DNA of 64,000 nucleotides from the human T2T-CHM13v2.0 reference genome, Homo sapiens (GCF_009914755.1 NC_060934.1); one strand, 5' to 3'. Positions 26,521 through 41,957 are shown, numbered from the stretch's first letter. Notes: a model not told the origin generated them from the sequence alone. Program-made: numbers and translations.

Positions 26521-28514
26521 AAGGAGGAGCCCCTGGGGCTCACGAAGAGGGGAGACTGCTGCCTGATACCTGGGGTCCTGGGAAGAGTTAATGGGCTGCC
26601 TGTGGACGAGCTAATTGGTCCTCCAGTGGGGCTGACTCATTCCAGCATCCAAGCCAGTCATTACTAATGCTGGGGAGGGAGAGAGAGAGAGAGAAAATAA
26701 AACAAAAGCCGAGCAGTGGGAATTCTGTCTGATTGAAAAGTTCCAGGGCTGGCCTCCCATTTCAGACAGGCAGGATTGGGAAGAGGGCCCTGCTGTGTGG
26801 GGGTGAATGGCAGGGGTGCGGCTGGCGGAAGTGACATTTCCATGATGCCTGCTTGAAACTCATCCATAACTGCCTTGTGGGGGTGCAGCTGGGGAGGGCT
26901 GGGTCTTTCCCTAAACAGCCCAGGTTTTCTAGTGACACCCAAGGCACACTCAGGGCAAGAGAGTGCGACTGAAGATGTCCACACCAGGGAGGAGAGGAGG
27001 ACCAGCAAAGGCCAGGGGTGCAAGGTCTGGTTCTATTTACTTAAAAACTGGCTGAAATCTCGGTCCCTTTGTTTGCCATTTCCTTGGGTTTTTAGATTTT
27101 TAACATGCCATGGTCAATTTCATTTGCTAAGCGAGAAATCACTGGGAGCAGCCTTCCCAGCACAGTAGAGTAGGGCTGTTTGGGTACAGGATGTGTCCTG
27201 GACAGTGCCCAGAGGCGCTGGCAGAGGCGTAAATGGGTGTTGCCGGGTCCTCCTATCCTCTCTGCCTCCTCCTTGGTATGGGCTTCTGCTGCCTTTTTCT
27301 GCAGCAGTGGTGGAGCAAACACTGTCCAGGGCTTACAGGGCCCTGGTTCCTACCCGAACTCGCTGGGGCACTTTGGCCCAGATGATTCCCCAGTGAGGGT
27401 CTCAGGTGTCTTATCAGGGTTCCTCTGTTACTTGAAGGCAGACGGCTGAACCTGATAATGTTTGTGGCATTTTCCAGCTCAATGTCCCTATATAGTCATT
27501 TTTCTCCCATGCCACATGTTCAGGGAATGACATCTCTCATTTCTATCTGGTCATCAGGGATCAAGTGAAGGCCTTACCTTCAAGGCTGTGGGACTCAGCC
27601 CCAGCTAGACCCTGTGGGTCTAATTTGGATTGTAAAGAGTTTGTCCTCGTAAAAGGGTGCTTTCGTGTCCTCTGGCTTTCCATTTGGGATTTTAGTGGTC
27701 GGTAGGCACACATGGGGCCTTATGTTGTGTGGCAGCCAAATGAGCTGCATCTTTGGGTTGTAGGGCTTGGTGTGGGAGGGGTGCCACTAACACATGCTGT
27801 GCCTTGAGTTCTGCATGGGTCACATCATGATGTTATCCCCATGCCTCCCATGCATGGGTCACAGGCACCTCCCACTCATCTGCTGCCTAGGGCCAGTCCT
27901 ATTGCTAACTTCATGTTTTGGGTCCAGGGCCTCCCCTCCAGAAATCCCACATATTGTCAAGGGGAAGCCAGCCTAAAATAAGGGCCAGGCCAACCTGAGG
28001 TGTGGTGGCTCAGGCCAAAGGGCTCCCCCTTATCTGGAGTGCATGGAACCCCTCCCTGTGAGGCTTATTTGGTGGCTCAGGCCAAAGGGCCTCCTCCATC
28101 TTGAATGCCTGGAATGCCTCCCTGTGAGGTCTCAGATCTGGATGCGGAACCTGAGGTGGGACATGGATGAAATGGAGCAGAGAAGGAGAAGGGGTGAAGC
28201 CTGGACCCTGATGGAAGGGGAGGAAAAGAACAAACTGGGGCTGCCATGACGGGGAAGGAAAGGCCCGTGTGGAGGAGCATGGAGCCATCTGCTCATGAAG
28301 GAAAGGCAGGGATGGGGCAGAGGTGTTGGGGCTTCCGTGCGACTCCAGAGGCCAAGCCCAGAGCTGTGTGTGGAGCCCATGAGGAGCAGAGATTTTCCAG
28401 CAAAGGTGCATTTGTGGGCCTCCAGATGGAGGCCCTACCTTCTCAGCAAGGGAAGAAACCCCTCTCTCTTTGACCTCTCTCCCCTGCACAATTAGAAGGT
28501 TCTGAAGAGTGACT

Positions 28515-28960
28515 TCATTATTGGTGGGTGAGTATATGTTTATTGGGCATCTGTGGTGTGCCAGATGTTGTGTTGAGTGCTGGGTGCAGAGGTAAATGGG
28601 ATATCTGGTTACCGCCCACATGGGGCTTATAGTGGGGGAAGTGGGGGAGTAAGTCAGGACACACGTAAGCAAACGCTAGAATGGATAGATATTGTGATTA
28701 GAGCATTGGAGAGAAAGAACAGGATGTTTCAAGAAAGGACAGCATGAAGGACTGCTGTGTGGGATCAGGAAGGTCTCCGTGTGTGTGGTGGGGGGTGATG
28801 GTTAAGCTGAGGCCCAAAGGATGACGGGAGTTACCCAGGTGAAGGGTTGTGGAGACGAGAGCACAAGCGAGGGCCAGGAGACAGCTGGGCTCAGGGCACT
28901 TAGGGCCCTGAGGAAGGCTGGAGTGGGTGGCAGGGGGCAAAGGGGGTGCTGAGGTGAGCC
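28515..28960 (-). mobile_element. L2 3' fragment
   Basis: atatgtttattgggcatctgtggtgtgccagatgttgtg, ttaagctgaggcccaaaggatgacgggagtt. Confidence 0.7.
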
Positions 28961-29254
28961 TAACAAGGGCTGTGGGCCAGGAAACAGGACTTTGTTTTGA
29001 GTGCGGTGGGAAGGCATGTGGCAGGCAGCCACCTTGAGGCTGGGTTTCCTTCTCTCAAGTGCCAGAGCTCAGTGGCTGCTTTCTGGGAAGCTGGTGACCA
29101 GGACGACTGGTGCATGGCAAAGGGCATCAGGAGACTCTTCTTTCCTCCTCCAGGAGTTGAGTTTCTCAGTCTCAAGCAGGCAGCATGGGAGGTCCCCAGA
29201 CCTGCCCTGGAAAACTCCCCCAGACCTGAGCAGTAGGCAGCAGCTTGGGGGTGC

Positions 29255-29677
29255 TGGGTTCATGTCCACCCTGAACCTGTGAATGTGACCTTATTTGGAA
29301 ATAGGGTCTTTGCAGATGTAATCAAGTTAAGATGAGGCCACAGTGGATCAGGGTGGGTCCTAATCTAATAACTGGTGTTCTTATAAGAAAAGGGAAATTT
29401 GGACACAGACACACAGATGGAGAGGCCATGTGAAGATGGATGCAGAGGTCAGAATGATGCTGCCACAAGCCAAGGAATGCCAAGGATGGCCAGCACCCAC
29501 CAGAAGCCAGGAGAGGCCCAAGCAGAGCCTTCCCTGGTGGCTGCAGTGAGAGCACGGCCCTGCTGATACCTTAGCTTCAGACTTCGGACCTCCAGAATTG
29601 TGGCAGAATAAATCTCTGTTGTTTTAAATCACCCCATTTGTGGTGTTTTGTCACAGCAGCCCCAGGAAACAAATACA
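29255..29677 (+). mobile_element. MLT1C-like LTR
   Basis: gaatgtgaccttatttggaaatagggtctttgcagatgtaatcaagttaagatgagg ... aataaatctctgttgtttta ... ggaaacaaataca. Confidence 0.9.
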
Positions 29678-29699
29678 CTGGGCCCAGGAAGGGGAACCT

Positions 29700-30640
29700 G
29701 GTGTATTAAGCCTGTCCCACATGCTGGCCCACCAGCATTCCTTATCTTGTTTACATGACAACTCAGAGAAGTTCCAACCATGCTCTTCATTTTACAGAAG
29801 AAGAGCTGGATGGTCAGAGAGGTGCAGCAATATATCAAAAGCCCACAGAGACACAATAACAAAGCTGGGGTTTGAGCCCAGGTCTGAATTGGCCCCTGAT
29901 CTTTCTGTACCGCCTATCTGCAGAGCCTTGATGGAGAGTGATCCAAGAGGGTCAGACAATGATGAGGAATCAAGGCTCTGCAGCACTCATGTATTTACTG
30001 GTGGAATCCCATGCCCAGCATTTGTTTTGAGATGCCCTAAAAGAAAAAAGAGTAGGAATGGGGATAGATGAAAGAACAGCAGAGTGTTGGTAATCATAGA
30101 AGCTGGGTAATGGGCCCATGGGAGTTCATTGAATTATTCTCTTTATGTTTGCTCATCTCTGAAAATCTCCACAGCAAAAACTTAAAAAGTAAGGCCAGAG
30201 AGATGCAAGCTTAAACAAGGAAAAAGATTAAAAACTATGAGGGCTCTGAAATCAGAGAGCATAGGATTGGGATCTCAGCTTCGCCCTTCATTAGATGTGA
30301 GATGTTGGACAAGCCACTTGGCCACACTGAGCCTTGGTTTCCTCTGCTCCATGGCCTCTCACTAGGCAAAACCTCATGGGATGGTGGAGGAATCAAATGG
30401 TGGAATTCAAGTGCTCAGCCCAGTGCCATGCACATGGGAGGCATTCTAGAAATATTTGCATTATTATGGTTACTGAGTGTGCACCTTACAGCAGCTCAAG
30501 GGTCAAGACTCCCTTCTTTTTTTGTGAAATAGGGATGAGAATGAGGCTTAGAAGTGGAGGAACTCGTCTAAGATCCCAAAGCTAATAAGTGACAGAGACA
30601 GGCCTGACCCAGAAATCTCTCCCTGAGCTAACTGCTTCCA
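29700..30640. mobile_element. Cluster of MIRs and a short L1ME 3' fragment
   Basis: MIR(-) 29700-29890, L1 fragment ~30050-30190, MIR(+) 30230-30480, MIR(-) 30515-30640. Confidence 0.6.
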
Positions 30641-31589
30641 TTACCCACAGAGCTACTCAGAGACCTGCTCTCATGCAGTGTTTAGGGCCTTTCCCACAAG
30701 GAGGCCAGCTTTCTTCCCCTTGGTTTAGGGATCAGGCCAAGGAGGGGAAGGAAGATGAAGCCGCCCCTGGCTGACCCTGGCGAGCTCTGGTCACTCTGTG
30801 TTTGCTCAGCTGCAGGGTGCAGGTGGCAGGAGCGGATGCTGAGCACCAGCTGACATGCTTTCAAAGGTGACAGGCCTGTGGTAATTGATGGTCAATGAGG
30901 GCCATGGCTCCATGCACACTGTTGGTTTAAGGATGACATTGATCTGACACACTGGCCACAGCAGAAACAGCAAAACAAAGGAAGGCCAAACTGGAAACAG
31001 GCCTGGCCTCCCTTGGCCCTGGCTGCCTTGGCTCTGAGCATTCCCAGAATGCTGTGCCCTGAGGTCTGGCCAGGATCCTGGTGCCCTGGAGCTCTGGGGT
31101 CAGCCAGGATGGAGGAAGTGCCCAAGGCCCCCACCCATCTGGGTGCAGGTCAGGGAAGGAGTGAGAAGGAGCAAAGCGGGAGCAACCTCAGAGGTTCCCA
31201 GAGCTGTGCCCACACACTGTTTCCAGCCTTCCCCTGCCCAAGTTTCCATGCCCTGGGAGTAAGGTGGAGGAGGGAGGGGCCTCCAGACCATGTCCCACAC
31301 AGCACGGTGCATGCAGTGGATGTGTCTGCTGAGGAGAGAAGATGCAGGGGCCCTGGGAGGTAGGCAGGGATGGGCTGGGGGATAAGAGAGGCAAGGCCTG
31401 GTGGCAGAGGCCTGGGTGTGAATTCAGGGCTCTGGCAGGAAACAGAATTCACTCCAGATGCTTCCAGTGAAGAGACAAGGTCATTCTGTGGGCAGCATCA
31501 GGGAAATTCTCAAGAGATGAGGATGCTCTCAGTGGCTAGCAACAGTAGCACGTCATGACCCTCCCTAAGGCTGAAGGATCAGTGGGGGT

Positions 31590-31851
31590 GGGAGGGACAG
31601 TGCTAGCCAAACCCCAGGAGAACCAGACTCACAAAAGAGGGTGCCAGCAGCCACTGCCTGGGAGGCGGCCTGAGCAGGAAGGAAGAGGGGAGGAAATGCA
31701 CAAGCCCTCTCCTTGCTCCTTTCCAGATCCTTGCCAGCTGCTGGAGGGAGCCACTGATGTAGTCAGTAGGGGCCACCTCCCAGGCTGGAGCAGGGCAGGG
31801 AAGGGCAAGGAATGGAGAGGCAGCCTGGGGAGAATAGAGAATACCAGCACA
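31590..31851. mobile_element. LTR33-like remnant
   Basis: Ends gggagaatagagaataccagcaca, similar to the recalled LTR33 terminus. Confidence 0.45.
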
Positions 31852-32354
31852 CCTCTTTTCTTTCCCTACAATGACGACTGTCATACACACTGCACAAACC
31901 CAAGGGGAGGATTATTGATAAGGCGTGTGACAGTCCCAGCACAAGGCCCCTCATGTGCTAGCCTTGAGACGGTAGCTTCAAACTCTCCATCTCTCTTTTT
32001 TTCAAATGTGCACACACACACTCCACATTTCCTCAAATCTCTGAATGGCTGTCATAAGGAAGAAGGAGCGAACATGTTCTGGGAGGGACAAGGGGGAGCC
32101 CGAGGACAAATTGTGTAGCTGTCAGAATTCTGTGGCTCCTGGAATAGGCATGCCCCAGGGGCACTGCCTCCTGCCATGGGAAGCATGGTGCTCTTAACAT
32201 GCGCCTGCTGTGTGTGAGTGCAGCTCATGTCACATGCTCCCCATCCTCCAATCCACACCAGCTCTCAGGGCAGCTGATGGTCATGCCTTCGCTTTGCAGG
32301 TGAGGATGCTGGCCTCAGAGGGACGGGTGCTTGACCAAGGTTGTCCTGGAGCCA

Positions 32355-32720
32355 GGCTATATCAATCAGGATAGGCCAGGTTTTGCTGCTGTAACAACCC
32401 CCAGAGCTTGGTGGGTCAAGACAATATGGGCTTGGCTCCTGCTCATGTTACCTGTCCATCAGGGGTCAGCTGGGGGCTCTGCATTTCACCATCCTTCCTC
32501 TGGGACCTAGGCTGTCAAAACTGTAGCCATCTGAGATATTGTTCTCACGCTGGAGATTTTATTTGGTCTGGAGGTCACGCACGTCACTTCTGCTTACAAT
32601 TCGTTGGTCAGACTGGTCACATGCCCCTATCCAAGCAAAGGGGCCAGGATGGTCAGTCCTACTACGTGTCCAGAAGGTGGAGAGCTGGAACTATTAGAAG
32701 AACAGCATTAGTGGCTGCTA
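32355..32720 (-). mobile_element. Old MLT1 (K/L-like) LTR
   Basis: tcaggataggccaggttttgctgctgtaacaacc ... gtcacttctgcttacaattcgttggtcagactggtcacatg. Confidence 0.65.
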
Positions 32721-33699
32721 CATGAGCCATGGCTTCCTTTCAGGCCTAGGGAACTCCAGGTGCAGAGCTCTTCCTGCTGCTCCAAGGTTGACGTCACCCT
32801 GGCAGAGGCTGGTGGAGTGCCATGGCACAGTGGGAAAGGCTAGAGCAGGGGCTGTCTCAGATTCTTGTGGGCTCATTCTGTGGCCACCTAAGTAGGATGC
32901 TGAGGAAGTCAGCAGATCTCAAGAAAGATGGCCCTGGGCCGTCAGAGCAAGATCAGGAGAGGCAGCATGTAGTGCAGAGAGGAGAGGGCTTGGTACCTCC
33001 CAGGACCCTGAGCTTCCTGTCTCCACTCTCCTGGGCCACACATGGAGAGCCCTTCGCTGCTTATGGAGGCGGGATCCCTTTCGGAGGCTGTCTTTCCAGC
33101 TGCAAGTGCTCTGGGCAGGCTGGAAACGGTGTTCTGAAGAGCCGCATGAGGCCATTTCATCAGAGTGCTACTCAGGCTGCTAGAAAACTGGCCACAGAGC
33201 CATTCTTCTTCCACAACCCCTGACTGCAACTAGATGGAATTTATGTACTTGTCATCCCCATTCGGTGGCCAGGCTGGGGAAGGAGAGGAGTGTGATTCTA
33301 CACAGTGGACTCCACAGAGAGAGGAGGTGAGTGGAGTCAGTCTTTCTGGAAGCCCTGCCCTGTGCTTGGCCCTAGAAGGGCACCACGCTGCTGGTTGCTG
33401 CCACATGCATTAGCTCCTGTCGCTCTCCCCTCCCTGGCCACCCTGCTTCACACACTTTCACTCTTCTTGAGGAAGCTGTGTTCCCTGCCTTGTGGACTCC
33501 ATTTCTGCATCTCCCAAGCCACCAATGACTCCTCTTACACGATCTTGCAGAAGCACTCAACACGGCTGGCCATTTTTGATTTCATTCTGTTTTATTCTTC
33601 TGTGCCGTCACACTCTCTTGCTACCCATCTGTGGAATATTCTTTCTCTCTCCATCTGGCCCCTGGGTGCCTGTGGTCTGCAGACCTCCATGCACAGTTC

Positions 33700-34570
33700 A
33701 TATTTTCTCTTTTTGGCCGTCTAATCCCTACCATGAGCTTCTGCAGCCCATCATTGATGAATCCCAAACCCAGACCTCTTTCTGGAATTCAAGGTATGTT
33801 CATCCATGTGCCTAGCTGACATGTCCACTTGGATATCCAACAAGCTCCTACAACTGAACATGGGCCTTTCCCCCAAATTGTCCTTGTGTCCAGTCATTCT
33901 TGTTTCAGTCAATGGCGTACTTATCCACCAACCGTGGAAGCCAGAAACTCGAGAGCCCTCCCAGCTTCCTTCCTCTGCCTGTCTCCAGAGTAGGTCCTGA
34001 AGCCTGACCTCCTCCATAGCCACCACCACCATCTCCAACCTGGAATAGGACAGCAGGCTCTTTGGTACCTTGTTCCCTTCAATCCATCTCCCTGCTGCCA
34101 CAGGGATTTACAAAAATCTGGTCCAAAAAATTCCCTAATTCTTAAAACGTTCAAGGGTCCCTTTACCCCAGTTTTAAATCCAAACTCCTGAACAGGGCAC
34201 CTTTATGATCCAGGCTCCTGTCCCTTCTGCAGCCTCTTCTCTCCCCTACCCTGCACCCCATGCCCAACTCTGTCCCTTTGCACACTCTCTGTTTGTCCTG
34301 CAATGCCTTTCTCTGCCTCCTCTCTGTTTGGATGGCTAATTCCTTCTCAACTTTTCCAACTCAGTTAACATATCATTTGTTTTAGGAAGCTTTTCTTAAC
34401 GTCCCCAAAGCAAGTGTGCCTCCTCCACATTCTTGTAGACTCCTGTATGTAAACACCCTATGGGAAGGCAGAGGGGGTGCTGCCCCTCCTCTCCCGAGTG
34501 TTTTTGGAGGGCAAGCTTGAGTCCAGAGCCCAGCACAAGGCTTATCTGGCAGTCAATCAATTCTTGTGAA
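33700..34570 (+). mobile_element. L2 fragment
   Basis: gacatgtccacttggatatccaacaagctcctacaactgaacatg; ccatctccctgctgccacagggatt. Confidence 0.7.
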
Positions 34571-35524
34571 TAAATAGGCAAGTTGGCCTGCCCCCAAAGT
34601 CCCTCAACAGTGGCCTCAAATCACAGAGGGACCTTGGAAATCATGTAGCCTAATGATTCATTCCGCAGATGAGAACTGTGAGGTTCTTCAAGGAGGTGAA
34701 AGTTCTCAGTGAAGGAGTGAATATTGAATCTAGATTGGTGAACTTCCAAACAAAGACCACTTTTATTTTTTAATATTGTACTATGTAATGGAGAGTTTAT
34801 TTCTCTTGTTGACTTTATACAGAAGCACTGAAAGTTCATGTGAAATCATTCATCAAATACAGACAAGCAAAAAGAGAAAAGATAGAATTTGCTTAGTAAT
34901 TGTACCACCAAACCAGAGATAACCATTGCTGATTGCTTGGCATGTTACCTTTCCATCTTTTCCCTGGGCAGATAAATATATGTCCATTTTTAAAAACAAT
35001 ACTATGATTGCACTACAAATCTGTTTCACCCATGTTTTAAACATATTTATAAATCCCTATTCATATTTGTCAAAGACTGTATAGTTTTAATGTTTTTAGT
35101 TGCGCTACAATATAATTCAGTAATCAGACATGATTTTTGGATCTTGAAGTTGGTTCTATTTTTTTTGTTATTATAAACAGAGCAATGAAGAACATCATTA
35201 CAGTGAAAAATTTGGTCAATTCTTAATTACTACTTTAGCATACATTCTTAGAAGTTGAACTGAAGTAGAACTGGTGGGTTGAAGGATTTGCACTTTTGTG
35301 CATTTTGCCAAATTGCCCTCCTAAAAGGCTGACTAATCAGAGTTTATATTTACCAGTTTATTGTCTTGTCAACCTGAGAGGAAACTCTTTGCACCAGAGA
35401 TTGAAGGACTTGTCTCTGGTAGCAAATTTCCCTCCAGTCATATGTCTCAGTATGGAGGTTGTAAACTGGAAGCCATGGGCCATCTTCTTTTGAATCCATG
35501 ATGTTTTAAAATATTTGAATTAAA

Positions 35525-35995
<471 letters not shown>

Positions 35996-36046
35996 ATATA
36001 TATATGTATATATATACATACATATATATTTGAATTAACAGCCAAC

Positions 36047-36141
36047 TTTTTTCTTTTTTTATTATTATACTTTAAGTTCTAGGGTACATGTGCATAACAT
36101 GCAGGTTTGTTACATATGTATATATGTGCCATGTTGGTGTG
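36047..36141 (-). mobile_element. Extremely 5'-truncated L1PA (~95 bp)
   Basis: ttattattatactttaagttctagggtacatgtgcataacatgcagg; perfect 13-bp TSD aacagccaacttt (36037 and 36142). Confidence 0.92.
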
Positions 36142-39100
36142 AACAGCCAACTTTATGTATCAGTAAATTTCACCAAAAAAAAAAAAACAACCTGAATTTC
36201 TGGCCTCTACTTCTGAAGGGCATGTGCTGTCACAATTTGCCATAGTCTCTACCTCTCCCTGTTGCCACCCAGCCTGCTTCAGTCATTTATTTGCCAGGCC
36301 CCTCTAGGTGTTAGGATTTGTAACCCCTATATCAGTTCCTTTTCCCCATTTAAAAATGGCCCACCAGCATATAACACCATGCTCTTTATTCTGATTAACT
36401 ACAAAATTAATTTTTAAAAAAACAAATCCTATTTGTAATAATAATATTCAGGTTAATCATTTAGGAAGCTGCTTCAGAGAAACCCCGAACGTCTTTAGCC
36501 AATATAAAATACCATGAATCACTTTGGACTCCACAGTGCATTATGTATTTAAAAACAGAAAATTAGACACAGGAGAATTCATCTTAACTTCATTAGATAT
36601 GAAATATTAATTCTCTTCTGGGTTTCATATTATTTACATATTTAATAACATGTTAGCTACAGTCTTTGACTGAGAGCAATTAGAGGCCAGGGGCTGTCTC
36701 CTGCCTTAATCTTAAAGATGCCAAAATGTTTTGATATTGTGGGAAGAAGGGATTGCTAAGGAGAGTTGGATGCTGTTGCCTCCATTCCCTTGCTCATATG
36801 TCGTAATTGGTTAACCATGTATTTCTCTTAAACAGGATATTGATGACTTTGCCTGACCCAGTGAGAATTCCATTTCTCCATTCCCATCCCTTTCTCTGCT
36901 CTAGCTGGGAAGAGGAGATTGTGGCCATTTTGTTTTACTAAAACACAAAGACAAATGTTCATCCAATATTTTTGGATCCCTTTTTGCCTTTCTTAGGTCC
37001 TTTTAGAGCCTCAGTTTCCTCATAAGTAAAATTGGGGTAAAAGAACAAACGTGCTGGACTGTTGTGAGGGTAAAGGGGCTGAATGTGGAGGAACACACAG
37101 ACCCATGTCTCACAAGGGGCTGCTGCCTGGCTGGGGGTAGGTCCTTTCTCGCTGCATCAGTGAACTGCGCCTTGGGCCTCTGCACTATCCTTGGTGCCTC
37201 TCTGCACCTTAGCATGCGGCCCCTGTCATCATGTCACCAAAGGCCCACATGAATGCTATCAGAAGTTTGCAATGATGAATGTATCTCTGGGAGCCACATC
37301 TGCAGTCATTGCAATGAGAATCAGGTGAGGCTCTTCAGGCCTTGGGAGGCTGGTGGGACAAGTTCAGCCTTGACCTGGGCCTGGGAGGGAGGGAGGGTTA
37401 GGACAGAGGCCCTAGAGAGATAGGGTGTGTATGATGAGTGCAGAGCATAGAGCTGGTTGGTGGTGAGCTTGGTGCAGAGGGTCATAGAGAACAAGTCAGC
37501 CTGGTGATATGGGAGTGAGGGGGTGGGCAGAGACAGGGCTGGGGAGGTTCAATAGATTGCTTTTAAGACCAGAGAGTATCAAAGTTATAAGGGACCTCGG
37601 GAAAAGCCTAGAGTCGGGGATCATCAACCGGTGGCCCTAGACAAGATCATGCCCGTTGCAGATATCTCTTTGGCTCATCTGATGTTAACTATTATTATTA
37701 CTTTTGTTAATTTTCAAAATCTTTTAGATACAGCCTGCTTTTTCCAGTTACCCCCAGTCTCCTCCACTCCATCCATTTACATGACTTACTGGTTCTAGCT
37801 TCCAACTATGCCCCTCTTTCGATTTGAAGAATGAGGGAACTGCAGTCTTACAAATAGAAGCTGCCTGCTTGGGCTGCACACTGGGTGAGAGGTGCAGCGT
37901 GATTCCATGCCAGGTTGCCTGTCACCTGGTCCAGGGACCTTGGAGGAGCTTGGATGGAGCCCTGTGGATAACAAGGAGCTCCTACAGGCCCAGAGCTGGG
38001 CATTGACGTCTGGGAATCCTGGGTATGCTACAGAGGAAATTGTGGGTTGCGGGGCAGGCACAGTGGTGGCTGGAGCCCAGACTGCTGTCTGGACCTCAGA
38101 ACCCCATACCTCTCCATTAAGCACAGGCTTCCCAGGCAGGGGCTGGCTCACTGCAGCCAGCATTGTTACCTCCCACACTGCTGCCTCCCTCTCTCCCTCC
38201 TCAGCGGAGGGCCTTACGACTCTCTCCTCCACTCCTTAGTGGGACACTGAGACGCCAGTGTGTCTCCCAGTCACATCTCCACTTCCTGATAAAGACAGTT
38301 ATCTGCAGAATCCCAGGTGGACTTTTTAAGAAAAGGGTTTCCCAGTTATTCTGGAATGAGACTTGGGTGGTTCACGGAGAACTGGGTGTGCAGAGTGCTC
38401 TCACCTTATACCCCAATTGAGTCTATCAGGATTAATGTCACGCTAATGAACACAAGAAGGATTAAGCATGATTTGTCACTTGTTGTAAAGTGCTTCCAGG
38501 CATCACCAATCCATCACAGCCACTCTCCAGAAACAAGAACCCAGTGAGTCTGTGAGATGCAGTCTGGGGAATCAGGATCAGGAGAATCGCTTTTTATAGT
38601 TAACCTGCCCTGGTGATGATTCCAGGAAGCAGTGGAGCTTGAGGCTGAGGCTCAGGCACACATGAGATAAGTATGACACCCCAAACCGTGCTGTAGGAGC
38701 AGTGCTCCTTCTTCCCTGAAATCCTGAACCTTTAAACACATCCTCTCTGTTTTCAGCACTAGAACCAGGGTTTGGGGGATAAAGGCTGAAGGGGAGTTTC
38801 CATCTTACAAATAGGGAAATTGAGTCAGAGGATCTATGCAGCCTCAAATCTGTGGCAGTTAGAGAGCAGTTCTAGTTCTGGCCCTGCTACCTACATGCTG
38901 TGTGACCTAGGTTTGGTTAAGACCCTTCTCTGGGCCCCGCCTGTTTCCCAATTCACAAAATGACAAGGTTAGAGTGGAAGATGTCTCCGCTAAAATTCTA
39001 ACCCATCCCATGTGTTAGAGGGCATGTGGTTTTTTTCTTTCTTTTCTTAAAAAAAAGTTTTCTAAAACAGCTTTATTGAGACATAATTTACATACTGTAC

Positions 39101-39274
39101 AATTTGCCCATTTAAAGGATACAATTCAATGGTTTGGGGTATGTTCACAGATATGTGTAACCATCACAATTTTAGAACATTATAATCATCTCAAAAAACC
39201 CCCTCTGTATCCTTTAACTATTACCTCCCTGTACCCCTGTCCTGCATCCCTAGCCCTAAGAAACCACTAATCTA

Positions 39275-39587
<313 letters not shown>

Positions 39588-40589
39588 CCTATTTTTTATT
39601 TCTACAGATTTTTCATATGAACAAAATCATATAGTATTTTGTGACTGGTTTTTTTAACTTAGCATAATGTTTTAAAAGTTCATCCACATTGTAGCATGAA
39701 TCAGTACTTCATCCCTTTTTATGGCTAAATAATATTCCATTGTATAAATACACCACATTTTCTTTATCTTTTTGTCCTTTGACTCACATTTGGGTTGTTT
39801 CCACCTTTTGTCTATTACACATAATGCTGCTATAAACAGTCATGTGTGAGTTTCTGTATGTACATATGTTTTCATTTCTCTTGAGTATCTACTTAGGAGT
39901 GAATTGCTGGGTCATATGGTAGCCTTATAGTTTAATCAGTGGAAGAGCTGCCAGACAGTTTTCCAAAGTGGCCACACCATTTTAAACTCCCATAAGTAGT
40001 GTATGAGGGTTTTAATTTCTTCACATCCAACACTGTTATCTGATTTTTAAATTCCAGCTATGCTAGTGAGTATAAGTACTACCTTATCATGGTTTGGATT
40101 TGCATTTCCTTAATGACTAATGATATTGACTAGTAATATTGACCATCTTTTATGTGTTTATTGGCTATTTGTGTATCTTTTTTTGAAGTACAGATCTATT
40201 CAGATCTTTTGCATCTTTATTAATTGGGTAATTAGTCCTTTTATTATTGCATTGTAAGAATTCATTATATATTCTAGATTCAAATGTTTTATCAAATAAT
40301 ATATGATTTGCAAATATTTTCTTCCATTATGTGGGCTCTCTTTTCACTTCCTTGGTGGTGCCCTTTGAAGCACAAAAGGTTTTAATTTTGATGAAGTTCA
40401 ATTTATCTGTTTTTTATTGCTTGTTCTTTTAATGTCATATCTAACAATTATTTATCAAGTCCAAGATCATAAAGACTTACTCTTAGGTTTTCTTTAAGAA
40501 TTTTACAGTTTTTGCTCTCACATTTAGGTCTTTGCTCCATTTTGAGTTAATTTTCGCATATGGTGTGAGGTAGGCATCTAACTTCATTC

Positions 40590-40899
40590 TTTTTTTTTTT
40601 TTTTTGAGACAGGGTCTCACTTTGTCACCCAGGCTGGAGTGCAGTGGCACGATCATGGCTGATGCAGCCTTGACCTTCCTGGGCTCGCGTAATCCTCCAA
40701 CTTCAGCCTACCACTTCAGCCTCCTGAGTAGCTGGGACCACAGGTGCATACCACCAGCCTGGCTAATTTTTTATTTTTTGTGGAGACAGGGGTTTTCCCA
40801 TGTTGCCCGGGCTGGTCCCAAACTCCTGGACTCAAGCAATCTGCCCACCTCAGCCTCCCAAAGAGCTGGAATTACAGGCATGAGCCACTGTGCCTGGCC
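40590..40899 (-). mobile_element. AluJ
   Basis: gatcatggctgatgcagccttgaccttcctgggctc; TSD tctaacttcattc/tctgacttcattc. Confidence 0.9.
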
Positions 40900-41830
40900 T
40901 CTGACTTCATTCCTGGGCATGTGCTTATCCAGCTCTCCCAGCTCCATTTTGTTGAAAGGACTATTCATATTTTCCCACGGAACTGTCATATTGTAACCCT
41001 TGTCCAAAATCAGTTGATGATAGGTTTATGGGTTTATTTTTGGACTTTTAATTATATTTCATTGACATGTACATTTATTCTTGTGCCAGGACCACAATGT
41101 CTCGATTACTGTTGCTTTGCAGTAAGTTTTGAAATCAGAAACTGTGAATCTTCCTACTTTGTGCTTCTTTTTCCCAGATTGTTTTGGCTCTTCTTTATCC
41201 TGTCCAATTCCATATGAATTTTAGAATCAGTTTCTCAGTTTCTACAAAAAACCCAGCTGGGATTCTGATAGAGATTGGCTTAAATCTGTAGATTGGTTTG
41301 GGGAGTGTTATTATCTTAACAATATTAAGTCTTTCAAATCATGAACGTGAGATTTTTTTTTCTATTTATTTAGATCTTTAATTTCTTTCAACAATATTTT
41401 TTTGTTTTCAGAGCACAGTTTTACATTTCTCTTTTTAAATTTATTCCTAAGTATTTTATTCTTTTTGATGCTATTGCAAATGGAATTATTGTTTTCTTGA
41501 TTTTATTTTTGGATTTTTCATTGACAGTATATAGAAAAAGGATTGGTTTTTGTATATTGATCTTGTATCTTGCAACCTTGTTGAACTTGTTTACTAATTT
41601 TAATAGTTTTAGTGAATTCTTTAGGATTTTCTCTATATAAGGTCATGCCGTCTTCATGTTTTGCTTCTTTCTTTCCAATCTGGATAACTTTTATTTCTTT
41701 TTCTTGCCTAATTGCCCTAGCTAGAATCACCAGTACAATGTTGAATAGGACTGGTAAAACTAGACATCCTTGCCTTGTTCCTGATCTTAGAAGGAAAGCA
41801 CCCTGTCTTTTACCATTAAATATGAAGTAA

Positions 41831-41957
41831 GGATGGGCATAGTGGATCACACCTATAATCTCAACACTTCAAAAGGCCAAGGCAGGTAGATCTCCTGAGT
41901 TCAGGAGTTTGAGACCAGTCTGGGCAACTGGGCAACATGACAAAACCTCTTCTCTAC

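Noticed and set aside
28010-28672. 220-aa ORF
   Set aside because: Starts in L2 sequence; no domain or splice support
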